DNA of 64,000 bases. It comes from Dehalococcoidia bacterium (GTDB taxonomy: Bacteria; Chloroflexota; Dehalococcoidia; Lucifugimonadales; JADFKI01). The position numbers and the translations under genes were made by a program. The notes beneath the pieces were generated by a model. It was not told the DNA's origin. It worked only from the letters and a program-made list of their open reading frames with translations, and ran no database searches. Location of the stretch: assembly GCA_965242555.1 (NCBI GenBank), contig CBDESO010000008.1, positions 227,577 to 291,576 on the forward strand, in the 5' to 3' direction. Positions 17,447-26,171 of this stretch are shown here, in pieces (position 1 is the stretch's first letter; the number at the start of each line of letters is the position of its first letter).

Positions 17447-17737
17447 ACTGCCACTCCTAAGGCGCGCGAATATCCGCCGCATCTTCTAGGCGCAAGCCCC
17501 GCCAACGCCCGTAAATACTACCATAAAGCCCACGCCCGCACACAATCGGATAAGCCCATCCTAAACCCAAAAGTCATTGGCTGCTTTCTTGCAAACAAGC
17601 GGCATCCCGATTTGAATATAAGCCAAAATAGCAATGGCAAGGCAAGCAATGGCAAGGCAACAGGAACAACGGCAATGGCGAAAACAGCAAATGCCCCGGC
17701 GCTTTGGAACTATCCGGCAATGGGCGAAATCGCCGAA

Positions 17738-18481
17738 CTACCCCGCGCTATGCGACGGCAGCCCGTTGATAAGCGCCGCCAGAAAGCCCGCGCCAAACCC
17801 GTTGTCTATGTTCACGACGCCGATGCCCGTGGCGCAGCTATTCAGCATAGCGAGCAGCGCCGCAAGCCCGTCAAAGCTCGCCCCGTATCCCACGCTAGTC
17901 GGCACGGCGATAACCGGCGCGTCCACCAGCCCGCCCACAACCGACGGCAGCGCGCCCTCCATTCCCGCGACCGCCACTACCACCCGCGCCCGCTGCAGCG
18001 AGGGCAACTGCGCCAACAGCCTGTGCAATCCCGCCACGCCCACATCAAACACGCGCTCCACTTCGCAGCCCATAATCTCGGCGGTCACCACCGCCTCGCT
18101 CGCCACCGGCAAATCCGCCGTTCCCGCGCAAACCACCAGCACGCCCGGCGCCTGCTTGCGCTCGCCCTCCGCGCGGCGATCCACCACAATGCAGCGCGCC
18201 ATCTCTTCATACCGCGCGTCCGCCGCCCGCTCGACCACCGCGTCATAAGCGTCCTGCGACGCCCGCGTAACCAGCAGCCTATCCGAGCGCCGCAGCAGCG
18301 CCTCCGATATGGACGCTATCTGCCCAGGCGACTTGCCCTGCCCGAACACCACCTCAGGAAACCCCTTGCGGAGCGCGCGATGATGATCTACCTTCGCAAA
18401 GTCCAAGTCTTCATACGGCAAGTCGATCAGGCGCGAAATGACATCATCCTCGCTAATGCCCTCGCGCTTATAATCCCGCAA
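17738..18481 (-). CDS. larB: LarB (pyridinium-3,5-biscarboxylic acid mononucleotide synthase; PurE-like); N-terminus uncertain
   Basis: DLDFAKVDHHRALRKGFPEVVFGQGKS...VVCAGTADLPVASEAV...AVAGMEGALPSVVGGLVDAPVIAVPTSVGYG. TTG start in the track. In-frame residues upstream (IAIDETRLRAV) look like a genuine LarB N-terminus but lack a canonical start. Confidence 0.8.
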   Translation of the reverse strand: MRDYKREGISEDDVISRLIDLPYEDLDFAKVDHHRALRKGFPEVVFGQGKSPGQIASISEALLRRSDRLLVTRASQDAYDAVVERAADARYEEMARCIVVDRRAEGERKQAPGVLVVCAGTADLPVASEAVVTAEIMGCEVERVFDVGVAGLHRLLAQLPSLQRARVVVAVAGMEGALPSVVGGLVDAPVIAVPTSVGYGASFDGLAALLAMLNSCATGIGVVNIDNGFGAGFLAALINGLPSHSAG

Positions 18482-18790
18482 TACGGCGCGCAGCCGAGTC
18501 TCGTCTATGGCAATGCCTCCCTAAGCCGGAAAGGACGCCGGCGCGTAATGTCCGTCCCCCGCATTATAATGCGCCGCCAATGCCATCGTAAAGTTATTGC
18601 GCCGTCCTCATTGCGCCAATCCCCGGCGCCCTGTAAAATAGCGCCAACCCGCAAAGCCCTATCAAAACCAAGAGCGAAAATCAAGAGCGCGGCAACAAAC
18701 CCCGCAAGCCGCCCTATCGCCGGTTTGCCGGTTCTAACGCAACGGCGCGTTCTACCCGGTATTCGCGCGAAACCTTTCTAGGAGCGAAAT

Positions 18791-19198
18791 ATGACAAGCG
18801 TGGCAATTGACCATATCGCTATGCCCACCGCCGACATAGAGCGGCTTATCGCTTTCTACAAGCGGCTTGGGTTCACCATCAACGACGAGGCCGAATGGCG
18901 CGCGGGCAAGGCGAACATCGTCTCAATCCAAGTCGGCGATTCCAAAATAAACGTCCACCCTGAGGGCTACACCGCCGCCCTGCGCGGCCCAACCGCCGTT
19001 CCCGGCAGCGCCGACATCTGCTTTGTATGGGACGGCGCCGCCGCCGACTGCGAGCGCATGCTACTTGACGCCGGCGTGGAAATCATAGCCGGCCCCGGCC
19101 CCCGCAAAGGCGCGCTGCGCCACAAAAACGCCGTCAGCCTCTACGCCCGCGATCCCGACGACAACCTGCTCGAATGGATGATATACGACCCCGACTAG
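18791..19198 (+). CDS. VOC / glyoxalase-family protein
   Basis: IDHIAMPTADIERLIAFYKRLGF...YARDPDDNLLEW. AGGAG RBS. Confidence 0.75.
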   Translation: MTSVAIDHIAMPTADIERLIAFYKRLGFTINDEAEWRAGKANIVSIQVGDSKINVHPEGYTAALRGPTAVPGSADICFVWDGAAADCERMLLDAGVEIIAGPGPRKGALRHKNAVSLYARDPDDNLLEWMIYDPD

Positions 19199-19286
19199 GC
19201 GCGCGCGCCGCTGGCATATCCCCTAGTCAAACCGCTGACACATCCTATTGCTAACCGAAAACTTACAACTCCCTAGGAGGTTCGCT

Positions 19287-20042
19287 ATGGCAAGACTTGA
19301 CGGCAAGGTCGCCCTCATCAGCGGCGGCGCGCGCGGGCAAGGCGCGGCGGAGGCGTTGCTATTCGCCCAAGAGGGCGCAAAGGTAGTCATCGGCGACATC
19401 CTGGACGATGAGGGCAAGCGCCTAGAGGCGCGGATCGCCGAACTGGGCGGCGACGCCGTCTATGTGCGTCTGGACGTCACCAGCGCCGACGCCTGGAACG
19501 CCGCCGTCCAAACCGCGCTTGACCGCTACGGCAAGCTGGACATCCTAGTCAACAACGCCGGCATCCTGCTACGCAAAGGCTTGGAAGACACCGGCGCCGA
19601 CGAATGGGATCGCGTGCTTGATGTCAACGGCAAGGGCGTGTTCCTAGGCGCCAAAGCCGCCATACCCGCGATGCGCGATGCGGGCGGCGGCTCCATCATC
19701 AATATCTCGTCCATCGCCGGCCTTGTGGGCAGCAGATACGGCTCAACCGCCTACCAAAGCAGCAAAGGCGCGGTGCGCCTGCTCACCAAATCAATCGCCA
19801 TCCAGCACGCGCCCGACAACATCCGCTGCAACTCAGTCCACCCCGGAATGATAATAACCGCCATGACCGAAGAGGCGCTCGCCGACCCCGATGTGCGCCA
19901 AGACTACCACGACCGCATCCCGCTAGGCAGACTAGGCACGGTTGACGACATCTCCAACGGCGTCCTATTCCTGGCATCCGACGACTCGTCATTCGTCACC
20001 GGCAGCGAACTGGTCATCGACGGCGGCCTGGTAGCGCAGTAG
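19287..20042 (+). CDS. SDR-family oxidoreductase (3-oxoacyl-ACP reductase / hydroxysteroid dehydrogenase-like)
   Basis: GKVALISGGARGQG (TGxxxGxG), NNAG and YxxxK (YQSSK). Start trimmed to the ATG at 19287 behind a TAGGAGG RBS. Confidence 0.9.
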   Translation: MARLDGKVALISGGARGQGAAEALLFAQEGAKVVIGDILDDEGKRLEARIAELGGDAVYVRLDVTSADAWNAAVQTALDRYGKLDILVNNAGILLRKGLEDTGADEWDRVLDVNGKGVFLGAKAAIPAMRDAGGGSIINISSIAGLVGSRYGSTAYQSSKGAVRLLTKSIAIQHAPDNIRCNSVHPGMIITAMTEEALADPDVRQDYHDRIPLGRLGTVDDISNGVLFLASDDSSFVTGSELVIDGGLVAQ

Positions 20043-20082
20043 CGTGTGCGCCATCCGCCATTGCCTTGCGGCGCAACCATCA

Positions 20083-20847
20083 TCAGCCCGGCTGAGGCGA
20101 CAAATGCTCAGCCTCCAGCGTTTCCGCCAGCCGCAGGGTATCGGCGGATAGCGCGCCCTCATACAACTCATACCGCTCGGCGAACTCATAGATTATAGAC
20201 TGGGCAACAGCCGCGTAATCCGCGCCGCCCAGCTCATCCTCTACGCTGCCCACGCTGTCCGGCCGCCACGCGATCCCCAGCGCGTCATACACCGGCGCCA
20301 GGATGTCGCGTATGCGCTCGCCGTCGCCCACCACCACTACGCCGCCCACATGCGCCGCGTTGCGAATGAGCCGCTGCCCCACGCCCATCAGCTTGCGCTC
20401 CCCCCGCGCGTTGACGCTGTGCTGTCCGGGGCAGTACTCCCCCTCCACCATCCCAACCCGCGCGTCAACGCCCAAGCGTTTCAGCGCGCTCGCCAAAATA
20501 TCCGCCACCTCGTCAAAGCGCGCCATAACATCCGCCCTAGGCGCGGCGTCCGGCATAGTCCACGAAAACGCTATGGTTTCGTGATGAAATACGGCCGCGC
20601 GGCCGCCCGCAAGCCGCTCTATCGCCTCAAAATCCCGCGCGCGGGCGGCGGCAACGGCGTCCGAATACCCCGCCGCGCCGACATCCTGCGGCCCAAACGC
20701 CACCACATCCGCCGGCGTGTACAGGCGCAGCGTTTCGGGTTCGTTCCCCTCCGAAACCTGCCGCAGCAGCGCGCGCGACACCGCAGTGTCCAGCGCCGGA
20801 CGCTGCATAAATCCCTCGGTAGTCAGCCGTATGCTTCGCTCGCTCAT
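20083..20847 (-). CDS. Lipoate-protein ligase family protein (BPL/LPL catalytic domain)
   Basis: LRLYTPADVVAFGPQD...GRAAVFHHETIAFS...GEYCPGQHSVNARGERKLMGVGQR. Confidence 0.75.
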   Translation of the reverse strand: MSERSIRLTTEGFMQRPALDTAVSRALLRQVSEGNEPETLRLYTPADVVAFGPQDVGAAGYSDAVAAARARDFEAIERLAGGRAAVFHHETIAFSWTMPDAAPRADVMARFDEVADILASALKRLGVDARVGMVEGEYCPGQHSVNARGERKLMGVGQRLIRNAAHVGGVVVVGDGERIRDILAPVYDALGIAWRPDSVGSVEDELGGADYAAVAQSIIYEFAERYELYEGALSADTLRLAETLEAEHLSPQPG

Positions 20848-20895
20848 ACCCAAAGCATACCACACGCGCGGGCGCGTTTGCCCGCCAAGCGCCCG

Positions 20896-21729
20896 CTAGT
20901 CCACAAAAAACCGCCGCAACTCGCCCAGCAGAAACTCCGGATTATCCGCGGCGATGGGATGCCCGGACCCCGGAACCTCAACGAACTGCATCAATGGCTG
21001 CGTCGCCCGCATCCGATCCAGTATGTCCGGTGATAGAAAGTCGCTGTGTTCGCCCTTCATTATGAGCGTTGGACAGCGGATGTTAGCCCACTTATCCCAC
21101 AGCAGCGGCACTTCGTTCTTGCCAAAGCTGCCGTTGATCCAAAACATATCCGGGTCGTGCTTAGGCACATACTTGCCCGCATAGTTTAGCCGCAACCCGT
21201 GAACGGCGGCGCTGCGGTGATACTCCGCCGACGCTCTTGGATTCGCCTGCGCGCTGAACTCCACGTATTCGTCTATGCTGCGCCAACCGAGCGGGCGGCG
21301 GTTCATCCCGCCAATCTGGTTGCGCGCCGACGCCACGCTCATCTCAGGCCCATAATCCAAGAAGACCAGATGTTTCAGGTGATCCGAATTGTCGCCCGCG
21401 TATGGGATAGCGTTGCGCGCGCCAAGCGAGGCGCCCACATAGTCATACGGCGCTATGCCCAGCGCATCCGCGAATTCGGCGAGATCCGCCGCAAACGCGG
21501 TCACTGCATAGCCCTCCCGCGTGTGCGAAGAATCGCCATGCCCGCGCTGGTCAATCGCAATCACGCGAAATTCGCTCCGCAACTCCCGCGCGATGTGATC
21601 CCAGTTGTGGGCATTGCCGCCCTGCCCATGAACCAGCAGCAAGTTGCGCGAAGAATCGCCGCCCCAGTCAAGATAGTGTATGTCAAGCCCGTTAATGCGG
21701 ATGGTGTGGTCGGCAGGATTGGCGTCCAA
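20896..21729 (-). CDS. Alpha/beta-fold hydrolase
   Basis: LLLVHGQGGNAHNWDHIA...IDQRGHGDS...GASLG nucleophile elbow...GHPIA. Confidence 0.85.
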   Translation of the reverse strand: MDANPADHTIRINGLDIHYLDWGGDSSRNLLLVHGQGGNAHNWDHIARELRSEFRVIAIDQRGHGDSSHTREGYAVTAFAADLAEFADALGIAPYDYVGASLGARNAIPYAGDNSDHLKHLVFLDYGPEMSVASARNQIGGMNRRPLGWRSIDEYVEFSAQANPRASAEYHRSAAVHGLRLNYAGKYVPKHDPDMFWINGSFGKNEVPLLWDKWANIRCPTLIMKGEHSDFLSPDILDRMRATQPLMQFVEVPGSGHPIAADNPEFLLGELRRFFVD

Positions 21730-21832
21730 CGCGAATTCCTCCTTGCGCGGTATGCGAAACGGGCTAGACGGCGAGCGCGAATTGCCGCGCGACGTTCCCC
21801 TGCGGACGTTGCGGCAACGGCTTGGCTTGGCG

Positions 21833-22021
21833 TTATCGGTTGCGGCGGCGGCGGATGCGGCGCAGGCTGCGCTGCTTGTCCAACCGCGCCTGCTCGCCCT
21901 TAGAGCGGAAAAAGCGCCGGTTTCGCAGCTCGCGCAGTATGCCGGAGCGCTGCATAGAGGTCTGGAAACGCTTCAGTAGCGCCTCCGGATCTTCACCCTC
22001 ACGAAGAGATACATGTGCCAA
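21833..22021 (-). CDS. rpsU: 30S ribosomal protein S21
   Basis: (M)AHVSLREGEDPEALLKRFQTSMQRSGILRELRNRRFFRSKGEQARLDKQRSLRRIRRRRNR. TTG start at 22021, 6 nt after an AAGGAG RBS. The track ORF 21833..22144 is over-extended. Confidence 0.8.
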   Translation of the reverse strand: MAHVSLREGEDPEALLKRFQTSMQRSGILRELRNRRFFRSKGEQARLDKQRSLRRIRRRRNR

Positions 22022-22130
22022 TTGGGACTCCTTTGTGCTGTGTGCCGGACGAAACGGGTATAGGCAAGCCACTTGCCCATATTTCAGGCATAAATATAGC
22101 ACAGCCGCCTTGCTAGATGCAATTTCGCAT

Positions 22131-22264
22131 GGTAGCGTTTCCATTTAGGTGGTCGAATATATCTACCGTTGCGGATGGTTGGACAGCATTGCCATAGCCG
22201 CCTGCTTTACCAGTTGGGGAACAACTTTCCAAACTCTCAAAACCACCTAAAAAGAAACGCTACC
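22131..22264 (+). mobile_element. MITE-like hairpin-ended repeat (copy B) with an 8-bp target-site duplication
   Basis: Ends GGTAGCGTTTCCATTTAGGTGG and CCACCTAAAAAGAAACGCTACC (20/22 complementary). Flanked by identical TTTCGCAT at 22123-22130 and 22265-22272. Confidence 0.7.
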
Positions 22265-22343
22265 TTTCGCATCACTCAGGGCAAACGCATCTTGATTCCT
22301 AAACGAGTAACAACCGGCCAAACCTGCTTTTGCCGCGCCACCG

Positions 22344-23474
22344 CTACGTCGCCATATCGCGCGGCGCCCGCGCAAATCGCGCCGCCTGCAGCTCCTCAGT
22401 GGTCACCTCAGGCTCCTCCGCCAGCTCCGCATACAGCGACGCCGGCGGCGTCACATCGCGCAGCATCGGAATCACCTCCTCACCCATCAGCCTCACCGAC
22501 CGCATCAGTCTTTCGTGTTCCATTCCCCCGAACATCATCCAATTGCTGATATGCGTCGCCCCCACGCTCGCCGCGCGCTCAAACTTGCGAATGACCGTCT
22601 CAGGGCTGCCGAAGAACAGCCTGTCCAAGAACGCCTCGTCGTCCAGCTCGCCCTCATATGGGCTGGCGTCCACCGCCCCGTTGCGGACGTCGTGCCGGTT
22701 AAGCCCGCGCTGAGCCCGCGTCTGCCACCGCACATACGGCAGCGCCTCATACGCCTCTTCGTCGGTTGGCGCGACATGCGTCATGCACTGCAGCCCCAGC
22801 GACAGCCCGTCCATAGGCTTGCCCAGCGCCGCCCGCGCGTGAACCAGCGACGCCATCTGCTTGCGGACGCCGTCCATTCCCATCATGCTTGACGACAGCG
22901 GCAGCATATCCATTTTCGCCGCAAGCCGCATAGATTCCACGCTAGTCCCCGTCAGCCAAAGTTCGGGATACGGCCGCTGCTTGGGTTTGGGAAACACGGT
23001 CACCGGGCTATCAACCCGCACATATTCCCCCTCATAGGTGAACGATTCGTGAGAAGTCCACGCTTTCAGCAGCACATCCAGCGTCTCTTCAAACCTACCC
23101 CGCGACGCGGCGAGATCGCTGCCAAAGCCCGCCATTTCATAGCCCTGATAGCCCCTGCCCACGCCGCACATCAGCCTGCCGTCAATCAGGTTGTCCAGCA
23201 CCGCTATCTCTTCGGCGAGGCGCAACGGCTGCCACACAGGCAGTATCACCGACGCCGTCCCGATGCGGATGCGCCGCGTGCGCTGCCCGATGTACAGCGC
23301 CTGCATCAGCGGCGCGGGCGAGTTGCCGTAGTTCGTGAAGTGATGCTCCGCTATCAGGCAGTAGTCAAACCCCAGCTCTTCGGAGTACTGAACCTGTTGA
23401 ACGCCCTCTTCAAAGAGCGTTTTCCAATTTCGCAAAGTCGGGTTGGGCCACTCCAGAAACAGGCCGAATTGCAT
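22344..23474 (-). CDS. LLM-class (luciferase-like) flavin-dependent oxidoreductase
   Basis: MQFGLFLEWPNP...GFDYCLIAEHHFTNYGNSPAPL... Confidence 0.85.
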   Translation of the reverse strand: MQFGLFLEWPNPTLRNWKTLFEEGVQQVQYSEELGFDYCLIAEHHFTNYGNSPAPLMQALYIGQRTRRIRIGTASVILPVWQPLRLAEEIAVLDNLIDGRLMCGVGRGYQGYEMAGFGSDLAASRGRFEETLDVLLKAWTSHESFTYEGEYVRVDSPVTVFPKPKQRPYPELWLTGTSVESMRLAAKMDMLPLSSSMMGMDGVRKQMASLVHARAALGKPMDGLSLGLQCMTHVAPTDEEAYEALPYVRWQTRAQRGLNRHDVRNGAVDASPYEGELDDEAFLDRLFFGSPETVIRKFERAASVGATHISNWMMFGGMEHERLMRSVRLMGEEVIPMLRDVTPPASLYAELAEEPEVTTEELQAARFARAPRDMAT

Positions 23475-23531
23475 TAGTGAAATCTCCCTTGGCGGCAGTC
23501 AACCGCTATATGCGCCTAACCTGCGCCCAGC

Positions 23532-24155
23532 CTAGTTAAACCGGCTCATCGTTTCGTCAATCCCCTCCGCCAGCAGGCATGCCACGGCATCCGCCGCGCG
23601 CGCGACCGCGCCGTCCAGCGCATCCCGCTCATCCGGATCCATCGCCCCAATCACATGCTCCACCTGTCCTATCCCGTCCGGCGGACGCCCCACGCCAATC
23701 CGCAAGCGCGGGAAATCCTGCGATCCGGTGGTCTCTATCACCGACTTGATGCCGTTATGCCCGCCCGCGCTGCCCCTGCCGCGCAGCCTTAGCTTGCCCG
23801 GCGGCAGATTGATGTCGTCATACACGACCAGCAGCCTGTCAACGCTCAGCGCATACCGCGCCTGCAGATATTGAACCGCGATGCCGCTGCGATTGACATA
23901 TGTGCGCGGCTTAACCAGCGCCACCGCTTGCCCCTCTATCTCGCCCTCGCCCACGATAGCCGAGCGATGCTGCCGCGCCAGCCCTATATCGTGCCGCCGC
24001 GCCAGCGCGTCTATGCACAGAAACCCCGCGTTGTGCCGCGTGTCCGCGTACTCCGGCCCCGGGTTGCCCAGTCCAACCACCGCAAGCGCGAGCGCCCCCC
24101 CACGCGGGCGATCTTTGCGGCGGCTGCTCAGCATTGATGATATGATATTCGGCAT
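23532..24155 (-). CDS. pth: Peptidyl-tRNA hydrolase
   Basis: VVGLGNPGPEYADTRHNAGF...GGHNGIKS...RLRIGVGRP. Confidence 0.9.
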   Translation of the reverse strand: MPNIISSMLSSRRKDRPRGGALALAVVGLGNPGPEYADTRHNAGFLCIDALARRHDIGLARQHRSAIVGEGEIEGQAVALVKPRTYVNRSGIAVQYLQARYALSVDRLLVVYDDINLPPGKLRLRGRGSAGGHNGIKSVIETTGSQDFPRLRIGVGRPPDGIGQVEHVIGAMDPDERDALDGAVARAADAVACLLAEGIDETMSRFN

Positions 24156-24407
24156 CCTACAATCGGCGTTTGCAAATCGTTATGAGGCTAATTTTGGCGC
24201 AAGGCAATTTATCTCTTTGCGCCCAAATCCGCGTATATGATACACCATCACGCGCCTATGCCGCGCTTATAAAAATGTTCTTGCCCGTCAAATTGTGGAC
24301 ATACCGCATTTTATTGTCTATAATACTTCAGACGCTTGCACACGCGGGTTTAAGACACGCCGCTAATATGAGTGTATGATATGCGGGAGTTCTTAATCCG
24401 CGAGCGG

Positions 24408-24494
24408 GCCGAGGTGGTGGAATTGGTAGACACGCAGCGTTGAGGGCGCTGTGGCCGCAAGGCTGTAGGAGTTCGAATCTCCTCCTCGGCACCA
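24408..24494 (+). tRNA. tRNA-Leu (anticodon GAG), CCA encoded
   Basis: Hand-folded: acceptor GCCGAGG/CCTCGGC, anticodon arm CAGCG-TTGAGGG-CGCTG, long variable arm, T-loop GGAGTTCGAATCTCC. Confidence 0.9.
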
Positions 24495-24522
24495 AACATC
24501 TACGCCAAATATCTAGGATTGA

Positions 24523-24597
24523 GGCGACGTAGCCAAGTGGTTAAGGCGGGGGTCTGCAAAACCCCTATCGGCGGTTCGAATCCGCCCGTCGCCTCCA
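24523..24597 (+). tRNA. tRNA-Cys (anticodon GCA), CCA encoded
   Basis: Acceptor GGCGACG/CGTCGCC, anticodon arm GGGGT-CTGCAAA-ACCCC, T-loop GGTTCGAATCC. Confidence 0.9.
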
Positions 24598-24617
24598 ATA
24601 TCAACTCCCCACATCCC

Positions 24618-24649
24618 GCCCACGCCTGACCGCCGTGGGCTTTGCTTTG
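24618..24649 (+). terminator. Possible intrinsic terminator after the tRNA pair
   Basis: GCCCACG, a 9-nt loop, CGTGGGC, then TTTGCTTTG. Confidence 0.4.
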
Positions 24650-24763
24650 CTAAATCCCGTCATCCCGCCCTATCACGCGCACTCGCCCGCCCGCATTTGC
24701 TATAATCAATCTTGGGCTGCGCCAACCGCGCCCCTACTTCTATCATCATAGGCAGGCTTTATC

Positions 24764-26119
24764 GTGGCAGACAACGCAGAGGCAACGGCATCATCGGTGG
24801 ATTTGGACGCGCTCGCTTCCCTTGCCAAGCGGCGGGGGTTCATATTCCAAAGCAGCGAAATTTACGGCGGCATCGCCAGCACTTGGGATTACGGCCCCCT
24901 CGGGGTGGAACTCAAGCGCAACATCAAAGACGCATGGTGGCGCACGTTCGTGTGGGAGCGCGACGATATGGTCGGGCTGGATTCGTCCATCCTGATGAAC
25001 CCCGACGTCTGGCGCGCCAGCGGCCACGTCGATAGCTTCACCGACCCGCTTGTGGACTGCCGCGAGTGCAACCGCCGCTGGCGCGAAGACCAGCTCCCGG
25101 AGCGCAAATGCCCCGATTGCGGCGGCGAACTCACCGACGCCCGCAACTTCAACCTGATGTTCAAAACATTCATAGGCCCAGTGGAAGACGACGCCTCAGT
25201 CGCCTTTCTGCGCCCCGAAACCGCGCAGGGCATATTCGTCAACTTCGAAAATGTCCTCAACGCATCCCGCAAGCGCCTGCCATTCGGCATAGCCCAAATC
25301 GGCAAGGCGTTTCGCAACGAAATCACCACCGGCGGCTTTATCTTTCGCACGCGCGAGTTCGAAGTGATGGAGATAGAGTACTTCGTGGAGCCGGGCGAAG
25401 ACGAAAGCAGCCACGAGCGCTGGATAGATGACTGCCTTGACTGGTACACATCGCTCGGCGTCCGCAAAGACAGGCTGCGCGTCCGCGCCCACGAACCCGA
25501 CGAGCTTTCCCACTACTCCAAGGCCACCTACGACATTGAGTATCTATTCCCCTGGGGCTGGGGCGAGATACAGGGCATAGCCAACCGAACCGACTACGAC
25601 CTCAAAGCCCACTCCGACCGCAGCGGCCAATCCCTGACATACTTCGATCAGACGTCCAACCGCCGCTTTACGCCCTATGTGGTTGAGCCGTCCGCCGGCG
25701 TCGACCGCGCCGCTATGACCTTCCTTGTGGACGCCTATACCGAAGAGCAAGTCCCCGCCGCCGACGGCGCAGCCCAGACGCGCGTCCTGCTGAAACTCCA
25801 CCCCGCGATAGCCCCCGTCAAAGTCGCCGTGCTGCCCCTCAGCCGCAACGCGCGCCTTTTGCCCCTCTCAAGAGAGGTGTACGACAGCGTCCGCCGCTCC
25901 GGCGCCGTCAGCGGCTTTGTGCAGTACGACAATGCCCAGAGCATCGGCAGGCGCTACCGCCGCCAAGACGAAATCGGCACGCCGCTCTGCGTCACCGTGG
26001 ACTTCGATTCCCTGGACGACAACGCCGTAACCATCCGCGACCGCGATACTATGGAACAAACCCGCGTCCCTATCGCCGACCTAAACGCCGAACTGAGCAG
26101 CCGCCTGCCCGCCGTTTAG
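24764..26119 (+). CDS. glyQS: Glycine--tRNA ligase (dimeric class II, GlyQS type)
   Basis: RRGFIFQSSEIYGGIASTWDYGPLGVELKRNIKDAWW...FRNEITTGGFIFRTREFEVMEIEYF. GTG start. Confidence 0.95.
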   Translation: MADNAEATASSVDLDALASLAKRRGFIFQSSEIYGGIASTWDYGPLGVELKRNIKDAWWRTFVWERDDMVGLDSSILMNPDVWRASGHVDSFTDPLVDCRECNRRWREDQLPERKCPDCGGELTDARNFNLMFKTFIGPVEDDASVAFLRPETAQGIFVNFENVLNASRKRLPFGIAQIGKAFRNEITTGGFIFRTREFEVMEIEYFVEPGEDESSHERWIDDCLDWYTSLGVRKDRLRVRAHEPDELSHYSKATYDIEYLFPWGWGEIQGIANRTDYDLKAHSDRSGQSLTYFDQTSNRRFTPYVVEPSAGVDRAAMTFLVDAYTEEQVPAADGAAQTRVLLKLHPAIAPVKVAVLPLSRNARLLPLSREVYDSVRRSGAVSGFVQYDNAQSIGRRYRRQDEIGTPLCVTVDFDSLDDNAVTIRDRDTMEQTRVPIADLNAELSSRLPAV

Positions 26120-26171
26120 CCCACGATTTGACGCCAACGCCAGCCTACCATACCAGGCAAGGCAACCGCAT

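Noticed and set aside
15296-18781. 1161-aa plus-strand ORF
   Set aside because: It runs antisense across three well-supported genes and intergenic DNA (SCO1664-family tail, GH88-like, larB). Its composition is Arg/Pro-rich and shows no domain signal.
21833-22144. 103-aa version of the rpsU ORF
   Set aside because: The S21 homology begins at AHVSLREGED. A TTG start at 22021 sits behind an AAGGAG RBS. The upstream extension runs into the MITE-like element.
24598-24763. Possible T-box leader upstream of glyQS
   Set aside because: The region is only about 165 nt. It contains a terminator-like hairpin belonging to the tRNA genes and a TATAAT box. I saw no T-box consensus (…GGTGGTACCGCG…) and no specifier-loop architecture.
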